This document shows, one piece after another, positions 1 to 7,708 of a stretch of DNA of 25,447 nt. The position numbers and the translations under genes were made by a program. The stretch's first letter is position 1, and each line of letters begins with the position of its first letter. The notes beneath the pieces are model-generated. The model was not told the DNA's origin. It made no database searches and worked only from the letters and a program-made list of their open reading frames with translations. Source of the DNA: a virus (Duplodnaviria > Caudoviricetes); IMG/VR virus record IMGVR_UViG_3300005805_000441, positions 1 through 25,447 of that record; one strand, written 5' to 3'.

Positions 1-19
1 TTTTTCATCTTCATATGAA

Positions 20-27
20 TATTTATC
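20..27 (+). promoter_or_regulatory. Candidate late promoter motif (TATTTATc) before the sheath gene
   Basis: 7/8 match to the recurrent TATTTATA motif. Confidence 0.5.
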
Positions 28-65
28 AATAAAATAAATCTTAGAAGAAATTAATTTATAAGATA

Positions 66-3000
66 ATGGCAACAGCACAAGCAAATCAAAAAGTCTTCGT
101 TTCCCCAGGTGTCTACACTTCGGAAACAGACCTATCTTTCGTCGCACAGAGTGTAGGTGTTACAACGCTTGGTTTGGTAGGAGAGTCAATCAAAGGACCA
201 GCCTTCGAACCTGTGTTTATAACAAACTACGATGAATTCCAAACTTACTTCGGGGGAACAATTCCTGAAAAGTTTGTAAACACACAAATCCCTAAATATG
301 AGGCAGCATACATTGCTAAATCATATCTTCAACAATCGAACCAAATGTTCTTTACGAGAATATTAGGTCTTTCGGGATTTGATGCGGGTCCTTCTTGGTC
401 TATCAAAGTTACGGCCAATGTTGACCCAAACACAATTGGTTTGAACACAGCCGTTCCTACGGGTGTTTGGACAGCTCAGTTCACAGGTTCAACTTCCGCT
501 AACACAATCACATTTGTTGGGGGTAGTTTGCCAGCTCCTGTTAATGACGATTTCACTAAGCAATTCAGATTAAGTAATGGTAGTACATCAACATATCAAG
601 ATGGTTTTAACACTTATGTTGGTAATGTAATTGATAATCCGATTTTATCGGCTTCTACTTCAATATTCTATGGTGCGGTTCCAGGGTCTTCTTATATAAA
701 CATTACTAACAGTTATACGGGTTCCACAAACGCCTTCGGTGTTGATTCTGTAAACCTAACAACAAACGATTTGGAATCTTCAGAAAACCAACCTTGGTAT
801 TATGCGGCTTTTGATTTGACGACTGGCGATAATTACTCAGGATACTCTTTCGATTATGTTGTTAACAACTTAGCAAATTTAGGTCAGACTGTTTATTCAG
901 GCTCTGTGTCAGGAAATGTTTATACTTATTCGGGAACAGCTTACACTGATTACAACAACATGGTTGTTGCAACTTTACGTTCAAGAGGTATTTCTTTGTT
1001 CACAAATAACGTAGCAAGTCCTAATCACGGACCTTTGTATGAAGTAACAGGTTTAACTGATGTTAAGTTAGTTTGTTCTGGTCAATATTCAGGCGTGACA
1101 TCAAATCCTTTCGGAACTTTCTTGTTGTCGGGTGTAACAAAAGACGGTGATGTATTCAGTTTTGAATCTTCTCTTTTAGCGTCTTCTGCAAAATATCTCA
1201 CGAAAGTTTTCGGTATCGATAATTTTGGAAAATCAAGAAATGAGGTTCCTTTATTCGTGGAGGAAATATATCCGAGTTCTTTGAACTACGCTTACAATCA
1301 AAGTTACATTAGAGGTGTTAGTTGTGATTTGGTTGCTCTTCCCCAAGCAAGACCTCAAGGTGGTAGTCCAGCTCCAAACTCAATCGCTTGGAAACTTGAA
1401 CAATATCAATCACCAAAGACACCTTTCTTGGTTTCTGAATTAAGAGGTAATAAAGTTTATGATTTGTTCAGATTCATTTCAATTTCTGACGGTGACGCGG
1501 CTAACACTGAAGTTAAAGTTTCCATTGCTAATATTTCTTACAACAATATGACTTTTGATGTATTAGTAAGAAATTTCTTTGATACTGATGCTAACCCTGT
1601 AGTTTTGGAAAAATTTACAAATTGTACTTTAGACCCAGCTACGAATAGTTTTATCGGTGTTAAAATCGGTACTCACGATGGTGAGTATGCATTAGTTTCA
1701 AAATACATTATGGTTGAAATGGCGGAGGGAGCACCTATCGATGCTTTACCTTGTGGTTTCTATGGTTACACACAAAGAGAGTATGATAGTTCCGATAATC
1801 CTTCACCTTACATAATTTATAAAACCAAATATAATTTCCCTGGTGAAGTTATCTACAATCCTCCGTTTGGAACAACTGCTGGTGGTTCCAATGCTGTTGA
1901 GTCAAGTGGTGATGTGGTGAGAAGAACTTATTTAGGTTTTTCTACTTTGTATGGTATTGATGATTCTTTCTTAACATATAAAGGAAAGCAGAATCCTCAA
2001 ACTAATTGGGCAACAGCTACTGATTCATTCTCTTGGAATGTTCTAAGTAAAGGTTTCCACATGGACTCTGGTGCTACAGTTGTCTCTATCGGTAATAGAT
2101 ATATTACAAGTGGTACACCAGCTTTCGAATGTGGTGTGGCTGAATTTAGAAATGACCCTGAGACTCAGGAAAATCCTTACTATTTCATCTACGCTAGAAA
2201 ATATACAGTATGTTTTGCGGGTGGTTTTGACGGATGGGATATCTATAGAGAATTCAGAACAAATGAAGATAGATTCCAATTAGGAGCTTCTGGCTTTATG
2301 GCTGGTTTCGCTCCTGATGCAAGATATCCTACCGCTACTGGTGATGGTATATTCAAAAGAATTGTTGTACAAAACAACAGGTCTGATTTTGCTAATACCG
2401 ATTATTACGCTTACTTATTAGGTATATTGACATTCGCTAATCCTGAATCAACAAACATCAACGTGTTTGCAACTTCTTCCATAGATTATGTTAATAACTC
2501 GAATCTTGTTGAAGCGGCAATCAACATGGTTCAGTTCTCAAGAGCTGATTCTGTTTACATTGCAACAACACCTGACTACGATATGTTTAGTCCAGATGGT
2601 ACAGATTCACAATTAGTTATTTATCCACAAGAAGCGGTTGATAACTTAGACAACACAGGAATTGATTCAAACTACACAGCGACTTATTATCCATGGATTC
2701 TTGTAAGAGATACTGTTAACAACACACAAATTTATTTACCACCAACAGGAGAAGTTTGTAGAAACTTAGCTCTTACTGATAATATTGCTTTCCCTTGGTT
2801 CGCGTCGGCGGGTTATACCAGAGGTCTTGTCAATTCAATCAAAGCGAGAGTTAAACTCACACAAGAAGATAGAGATACTTTATATCAAGGTAGAATCAAC
2901 CCTATCGCAACTTTCTCTGACGTTGGAACTGTAATTTGGGGTAACAAAACTTTACAGATTGCTGACACCGCTCTTAACAGATTGAATGTTAGAAGATTGT

Positions 3001-3287
3001 TATTACAAGCTCGTAAGTTGATTTCTGCGGTTGCTGTAAGATTGTTGTTCGAACAGAACGACCAAATTGTAAGACAGCAGTTCTTGGATAGTGTAAACCC
3101 AATCCTTGATTCAATAAGAAGAGATAGGGGTCTATATGACTTCAGAGTAACGGTTTCATCTTCACCAGAAGATTTAGATAGAAATACTCTAACAGGTAAA
3201 ATTTATCTGAAACCAACGAAAGCTCTCGAGTTCATCGATATTGAGTTCTTGATTACACCAACAGGTGCTTCGTTCGAAAATATCTAA
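66..3287 (+). CDS. Contractile tail sheath protein (T4 gp18-like), 1073 aa with large internal insertions
   Basis: N-terminal FVSPGVYTSETDLS and KGPAFEP motifs; C-terminal sheath domain (YYPW, PWFASAGYTRG, LYQGRINPI, VIWGNKTLQ, LNRLNVRRLL, LFEQND, IYLKPTKALEFIDIEF). Confidence 0.96.
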   Translation: MATAQANQKVFVSPGVYTSETDLSFVAQSVGVTTLGLVGESIKGPAFEPVFITNYDEFQTYFGGTIPEKFVNTQIPKYEAAYIAKSYLQQSNQMFFTRILGLSGFDAGPSWSIKVTANVDPNTIGLNTAVPTGVWTAQFTGSTSANTITFVGGSLPAPVNDDFTKQFRLSNGSTSTYQDGFNTYVGNVIDNPILSASTSIFYGAVPGSSYINITNSYTGSTNAFGVDSVNLTTNDLESSENQPWYYAAFDLTTGDNYSGYSFDYVVNNLANLGQTVYSGSVSGNVYTYSGTAYTDYNNMVVATLRSRGISLFTNNVASPNHGPLYEVTGLTDVKLVCSGQYSGVTSNPFGTFLLSGVTKDGDVFSFESSLLASSAKYLTKVFGIDNFGKSRNEVPLFVEEIYPSSLNYAYNQSYIRGVSCDLVALPQARPQGGSPAPNSIAWKLEQYQSPKTPFLVSELRGNKVYDLFRFISISDGDAANTEVKVSIANISYNNMTFDVLVRNFFDTDANPVVLEKFTNCTLDPATNSFIGVKIGTHDGEYALVSKYIMVEMAEGAPIDALPCGFYGYTQREYDSSDNPSPYIIYKTKYNFPGEVIYNPPFGTTAGGSNAVESSGDVVRRTYLGFSTLYGIDDSFLTYKGKQNPQTNWATATDSFSWNVLSKGFHMDSGATVVSIGNRYITSGTPAFECGVAEFRNDPETQENPYYFIYARKYTVCFAGGFDGWDIYREFRTNEDRFQLGASGFMAGFAPDARYPTATGDGIFKRIVVQNNRSDFANTDYYAYLLGILTFANPESTNINVFATSSIDYVNNSNLVEAAINMVQFSRADSVYIATTPDYDMFSPDGTDSQLVIYPQEAVDNLDNTGIDSNYTATYYPWILVRDTVNNTQIYLPPTGEVCRNLALTDNIAFPWFASAGYTRGLVNSIKARVKLTQEDRDTLYQGRINPIATFSDVGTVIWGNKTLQIADTALNRLNVRRLLLQARKLISAVAVRLLFEQNDQIVRQQFLDSVNPILDSIRRDRGLYDFRVTVSSSPEDLDRNTLTGKIYLKPTKALEFIDIEFLITPTGASFENI

Positions 3288-3305
3288 TAAAATGAATGAA
3301 AATAT

Positions 3306-3333
3306 AAACCCCTCTTTTAAGGAGGGGTTTTTT
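3306..3333 (+). terminator. Intrinsic terminator after the sheath gene
   Basis: AAACCCCTC-N7-GAGGGGTTT stem running into a T tract, 18 nt after the sheath stop. Confidence 0.85.
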
Positions 3334-3344
3334 ATTTGTTTTAA

Positions 3345-3352
3345 TATTTATA
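3345..3352 (+). promoter_or_regulatory. Candidate late promoter TATTTATA before the HAD gene
   Basis: Exact motif directly after the terminator. Confidence 0.6.
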
Positions 3353-3358
3353 TTGTAG

Positions 3359-4201
3359 ATGATAAAAAAGACTTTGACATATATCTCTGAGGGTTTCAAA
3401 GATGAAACAACCCCAACTATGAAATATTACGCATTTGATTGGGATGACAACATCGTTCACATGCCTACAAAAATAATTTTAAAAGACGAAAATGGAGATG
3501 AAGTAGGAATGAGTACTGAAGATTTCGCTGAATACAGAACAGAAGTGGGGAAAGACCCTTTCGAATACAAAGGAAAAACAATTATAGGATTTGCAGATAA
3601 ACCGTTCCGTTTTTTTAAAACTGAAGGGGATAAACAATTTTTGATAGATGCGATGAAAGCAAAGGTTGGACCCGCATTCAACGATTTCAAAGAAGCTATA
3701 GAAAACGGTTCGATTCTTTCAATAATCACGGCGAGAGGTCATCACCCAAATACAATTAAAGAAGCGATATACAATTACATTATAACTGGTTTTAATGGAA
3801 TAGACAAAGAAAGCCTTATCAAAAATTTAAAAAAGTATAGGTCTTTCGTAGGAGAAGAGGAGATGACGGACGAAGAATTAATCAAGTCTTATCTATCTAT
3901 GAACAAATACCACCCTGTAACATTCGGGGATGAAAAAAACGCTGTGAATCCCGAAGAAGCTAAGATTATGGCAATGGACGAATTTGTGGACTATATAAAA
4001 GGGATGGCTGCTTTACTTAATAAAAGAGCGTTTCTTAAAAAAGATATGGGAAATAAATTTTCACCAATTAAACCGCAAATAGGTTTTTCAGATGATGATA
4101 TAAGGAATGTACAATCGATGAAAAAACATTTTGAAAAGAAACCAGATAATATAGTAAAAACTTATTCTACAGCTGGAGGAACTAAAAAAGAATATAATTA
4201 A
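3359..4201 (+). CDS. HAD-superfamily phosphatase-like protein
   Basis: HAD motif I (YYAFDWDDNI), motif II (IITARG), probable motif III Lys (PEEAK) and motif IV (IGFSDDD). The start could instead be the Met at 3419. Confidence 0.75.
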   Translation: MIKKTLTYISEGFKDETTPTMKYYAFDWDDNIVHMPTKIILKDENGDEVGMSTEDFAEYRTEVGKDPFEYKGKTIIGFADKPFRFFKTEGDKQFLIDAMKAKVGPAFNDFKEAIENGSILSIITARGHHPNTIKEAIYNYIITGFNGIDKESLIKNLKKYRSFVGEEEMTDEELIKSYLSMNKYHPVTFGDEKNAVNPEEAKIMAMDEFVDYIKGMAALLNKRAFLKKDMGNKFSPIKPQIGFSDDDIRNVQSMKKHFEKKPDNIVKTYSTAGGTKKEYN

Positions 4202-4252
4202 CAATATCGGGAGATAAAAAAAAGTAAATGAGAAAATTTTTACACAACCCTA

Positions 4253-4260
4253 TATTTATA
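4253..4260 (+). promoter_or_regulatory. Candidate late promoter TATTTATA before the tube gene
   Basis: Exact motif 33 nt upstream of the ATG. Confidence 0.65.
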
Positions 4261-4293
4261 ACATATAAACGTTAGAAACAAAAAAATAATAAT

Positions 4294-4782
4294 ATGGCTG
4301 ATTTATTAATGAAAATGCCGATACCCTACGAACCGAAACGTCAGAATCGATTCATTCTTAGGTTTCCTTCATCCTTGGGTATAAATGAGTGGTTTGTAGA
4401 ATCAACTGCCAGACCTACAATAACAATCGCTTCTACAGAAATTCAATTTTTGAATACATCAACATATGTTGCTGGAAGATTCACATGGGGTGAAATTCCT
4501 GTAAAATTCAGAGACCCAATTGGTCCTTCAGCGGCTCAAGCTTTGATGGAGTGGGTTCGTCTACACGCTGAATCTGTAACAGGACGTATGGGATATGCTG
4601 CAGGTTACAAACGAGACGTTGACTTGGAAATGTTAGACCCAACAGGAGTTGTTGTAGAAAAATGGATTTTATACGGAGTTTTCTTAACGAGCGTTAACTT
4701 TGGAACATTAGGATACAGTACAGATGGTTTAGCCGATATATCAGCAAATATGAGACCAGACCGTTGTGTATTAGTTTACTAA
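4294..4782 (+). CDS. Tail tube protein (T4 gp19-like)
   Basis: 162 aa; YEPKRQNRF, YVAGRFTW, ALMEW, YKRDVDLEMLDPTGVVVEKWILYGVF pattern typical of gp19-family tubes; downstream of the sheath. Confidence 0.92.
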   Translation: MADLLMKMPIPYEPKRQNRFILRFPSSLGINEWFVESTARPTITIASTEIQFLNTSTYVAGRFTWGEIPVKFRDPIGPSAAQALMEWVRLHAESVTGRMGYAAGYKRDVDLEMLDPTGVVVEKWILYGVFLTSVNFGTLGYSTDGLADISANMRPDRCVLVY

Positions 4783-4785
4783 TAG

Positions 4786-4793
4786 TATTTATA
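4786..4793 (+). promoter_or_regulatory. Candidate late promoter TATTTATA before the chaperone gene
   Basis: Exact motif; a partial copy TATTTAAC lies at 4812. Confidence 0.5.
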
Positions 4794-4815
4794 ATTTTAA
4801 TTTAACTAATATATT

Positions 4816-4851
4816 TAACCGTAGAGTAATAAACTTTACGGTTATTTTTTT
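4816..4851 (+). terminator. Hairpin plus T tract between tube and chaperone genes (terminator/attenuator)
   Basis: TAACCGTAGAGT-AATAA-ACTTTACGGTTA (12-bp stem, one G-U) followed by 7 T, ending 3 nt before the ATG at 4855. Confidence 0.65.
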
Positions 4852-4854
4852 AAT

Positions 4855-5598
4855 ATGGAAGACCAAAGTAGAGAGTACGGACAAATGAATTTTACGCTAC
4901 CACATGATGTGGTTCAATTACCATCTAGAGGTATTTTTTACAAAAACAAAAAGAAATCTCTTAAAGTTGGATACCTAACCGCAGCGGATGAAAACATTCT
5001 TTTAGGTAATGCCGATGATTTAACATATGCACTCTTACGTTCCAAAATATATGAACCTGATGTTAAAGTTGACGATTTGTTAGAAGGAGATGTAGAAGCC
5101 GTATTAATCTTTTTGAGGAATACTTCATTTGGCCCCGAAGTGGAAATGACTTTGACAGACCCAGTAACCCAAAAACCCTTTAATACAACAGTATTGATAG
5201 ACACCCTCCCAATTATTAACGGAAAAGAACCAAACGAAGACGGAACTTTTGATGTGGTACTTCCGAAATCAAATGCCAACGCAAAATTAAAACCACTTAC
5301 ATACGGAGAAATAAACGAAATAAGTAAGATGGTTGAAAGATACCCACCAAATTTAACTGCGCCAAGAGTCACTTGGAGACTCCAAAAACAAATAGTAGAA
5401 ATAAACGGAACACAAGACAAAGTCGAAATTGCAAAATTTGTTGACCAAATGCCGATTATGGATTCAAAGTTCATTAGAACTTTCATGAATCAAAATGCTC
5501 CAAGATTAGACATGACCAAAGAAGTAATAGCCCCATCAGGAGGAAAACTACAAATAAATGTAGGTTTTGGGGTTGAGTTTTTTCGCCCTTTCTTCTGA
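4855..5598 (+). CDS. Baseplate hub/tail assembly chaperone (T4 gp26/gp51-like)
   Basis: Repeated LPS/LPKS..K.LT units (VQLPSRG, YLTAADENIL; VVLPKSN, KPLTYGE), DLLEGD, MPIMDSKFIR and a C-terminal FF.P; located between tube and tape measure. Confidence 0.75.
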   Translation: MEDQSREYGQMNFTLPHDVVQLPSRGIFYKNKKKSLKVGYLTAADENILLGNADDLTYALLRSKIYEPDVKVDDLLEGDVEAVLIFLRNTSFGPEVEMTLTDPVTQKPFNTTVLIDTLPIINGKEPNEDGTFDVVLPKSNANAKLKPLTYGEINEISKMVERYPPNLTAPRVTWRLQKQIVEINGTQDKVEIAKFVDQMPIMDSKFIRTFMNQNAPRLDMTKEVIAPSGGKLQINVGFGVEFFRPFF

Positions 5599-5737
5599 TT
5601 ACCGAAAAGGACAACTAGACGAATTTTTTTACCTGAACACATTGATGAAAATCACTTATAAAGATTTCATCGACATGCCAATTTTCATCAGAAAATATCT
5701 TTTGGATAAATGGATTGAAAGTAACAACAAGAGTTAA
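5567..5737 (+). CDS. Small tail-assembly-chaperone-like ORF (about 56 aa), not in the ORF track; TTG start or frameshift extension of 4855..5598
   Basis: The +1 frame is open from 5564 to TAA 5735-5737: ...FFALSSDYRKGQLDEFFYLNTLMKITYKDFIDMPIFIRKYLLDKWIESNNKS. The MP..R..L pattern resembles small chaperones found before tape measure genes; it fills the intergenic gap. Confidence 0.75.
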   Translation: MGLSFFALSSDYRKGQLDEFFYLNTLMKITYKDFIDMPIFIRKYLLDKWIESNNKS

Positions 5738-5753
5738 TTTTTTCCATCCGACC

Positions 5754-5761
5754 TATTTATA
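5754..5761 (+). promoter_or_regulatory. Candidate late promoter TATTTATA before the tape-measure-like gene
   Basis: Exact motif in a 28-nt gap. Confidence 0.6.
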
Positions 5762-5765
5762 AGAT

Positions 5766-7679
5766 ATGTTTTTAGCACCACCAACAACAGGAGAAGGACC
5801 AGACAACATAAATACAGGTCCATCAGTAACAGAAGACTTTGCTGTAGCTATGGCTGCCGTCACAAAAGAACTCAGAAGATTTGTTGACCCATCAAATTTA
5901 CCGAAGGAGTTGGTAAACGAAATGTACAAACTCAATTTGGCTGCGGACTCATTGAATAAAAATTTTTTATTGTCAAGAACCCGCATAGTTGAGATGGGGA
6001 GAGCGGTCGCAGATGTGGCCCCCGATATAGTTGCGATGGGAGGAAAATTCACAGACGCAGCAGACACAATATCTCGTATTGCCTCAGGCTCAAGAAGAAA
6101 CGTTGTTGCCGCTACAAAAGATGTCAAAGATTTATTTGCGGTTGGCCAATTAGTAGGAGTACAGGTAGAAAACATAGTTGATAACTTTGCTAAGGTAGGA
6201 GTAGAATACGGGGACATAGCAAAACAAGTCGGAGAATCAATTTCCATGGTTCAGAATATGGGACTCAACGCAAGAACTGTGATGAAAATGGTTGTTGAAA
6301 ACACCGAACAATTACAAAGATTCAATTTTGAAAACGGAGCAAAAGGATTGGCTAAAATGGCTGCCCAGGCTTCAATGTTAAGATTTGACATGTCACAAAC
6401 ATTCAATCTTGCGGAAAGGGTATTGGACCCCGAAAAGGCAATTCAAGTAGCATCAGCATTCCAAAGGTTGGGAGTATCCGCAGGTAATTTAGTTGACCCA
6501 TTCCAATTAATGAATCAATCAATAAACGACCCATCAGGACTTCAAGACAGCTTAATCAATATATCAAAACAATTCACATACTTTGACGAAAAATCAAAAT
6601 CATATAAAATTAGTCCTCAGGGGATATTAACACTCAAAGAAATAGAAGACCAAACTCAGGTTAGTGCAAAAGCTCTGAGGGATGCCGCAATATCGGCGGC
6701 TGACTTTGACAAAAGACTTGCTGCGGTAAGCTCGAGACAATTGTTTCCAGAAGCGACCGAAGATGATAAAAAACTCTTAGCCAATATGGCTAGATTAGGG
6801 GATGGTGGGGAATATGAAATCAGTATCGGAGGGGAGTACAAAAAAATTAGTGAATTAAATTCTACAGAACTGAAAAAAATAGTAGATGAACAGAAAAAGG
6901 GCCCAAAAACTGTAGAAGAAATCCAAAAAAATCAATTAAATATCCAAGAAAGTTTATTAGCTAATGCAAGAGAAATAAATCAGAAACTAAGTAGAAACAT
7001 GATTGCCACAGACAAAAACCTTGAGAATACAATCAATATGGCTGAAATACTTAGAAAGGCGGGAAGAGAAGGTGCGGGAACCAGTTTTGGTGCTGGGTAT
7101 AAAAGGGAGTTAGACCAACTCAGAGAAGAAAGGAAAAAAGCAACAACTGATGCTGAAAGACAAAAAATAGATAAAGATATACGAGAACTTACTAAGGAAG
7201 AGTTTAGGAAAGCCAAATCGGTAATTTCTAAAAGTGTGGGACAAGGTTTCGATGAAAAACAATATGATGCAGAGGTTGCAAAAGTTCTTACTAAACCAAT
7301 TTCCGACATATTTGATTTGTTAGGTAAAGACATAGCCCAAGGAAGAGGAACGACAAATAGAACCTCAACCGCAGCGACCCAACCTACATCCCCATCGAGG
7401 ATGGTTAATCCGAATTGGGTGAGAGGTAAGGGCACAAACATTGTAAACGCCGCCTCAGGAACAGGAGGAATTGGTGGTACTGGTGGAGGTACACCACAAG
7501 TTGATGTAAGATTTCCTAACCCACCAAAAATAATAGTAGAAAAAGGTAGTGGATGGAAAGAAGGTGAACTAATAGATTTGATTGATAAAGGTGGGATACA
7601 ACTTGGTGAGAGTATTCTGAAGTTAATTGAAGATGCTGTTAAGAGAAGCGGAGGTGAGTCAAGGATACCAGGAAAATAA
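5766..7679 (+). CDS. Tape-measure-like protein (637 aa)
   Basis: Canonical position after tube and chaperones; Ala/Gly/Met/Gln-rich, helical-looking sequence (GLAKMAAQASMLR, AFQRLG); charged coiled-coil and Gly-rich C-terminus. Confidence 0.65.
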   Translation: MFLAPPTTGEGPDNINTGPSVTEDFAVAMAAVTKELRRFVDPSNLPKELVNEMYKLNLAADSLNKNFLLSRTRIVEMGRAVADVAPDIVAMGGKFTDAADTISRIASGSRRNVVAATKDVKDLFAVGQLVGVQVENIVDNFAKVGVEYGDIAKQVGESISMVQNMGLNARTVMKMVVENTEQLQRFNFENGAKGLAKMAAQASMLRFDMSQTFNLAERVLDPEKAIQVASAFQRLGVSAGNLVDPFQLMNQSINDPSGLQDSLINISKQFTYFDEKSKSYKISPQGILTLKEIEDQTQVSAKALRDAAISAADFDKRLAAVSSRQLFPEATEDDKKLLANMARLGDGGEYEISIGGEYKKISELNSTELKKIVDEQKKGPKTVEEIQKNQLNIQESLLANAREINQKLSRNMIATDKNLENTINMAEILRKAGREGAGTSFGAGYKRELDQLREERKKATTDAERQKIDKDIRELTKEEFRKAKSVISKSVGQGFDEKQYDAEVAKVLTKPISDIFDLLGKDIAQGRGTTNRTSTAATQPTSPSRMVNPNWVRGKGTNIVNAASGTGGIGGTGGGTPQVDVRFPNPPKIIVEKGSGWKEGELIDLIDKGGIQLGESILKLIEDAVKRSGGESRIPGK

Positions 7680-7688
7680 ATTTTCTTC

Positions 7689-7696
7689 TATTTATA
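7689..7696 (+). promoter_or_regulatory. Candidate late promoter TATTTATA before the 1677-aa gene
   Basis: Exact motif in a 29-nt gap. Confidence 0.62.
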
Positions 7697-7708
7697 TAAA
7701 AAAAAGAA

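Noticed and set aside
5558-5563. TAG recoding: ATG TAG precedes the small chaperone ORF, and no called gene ends in TAG
   Set aside because: All long genes are intact under code 11 with no in-frame TAG, so there is no positive evidence of reassignment.
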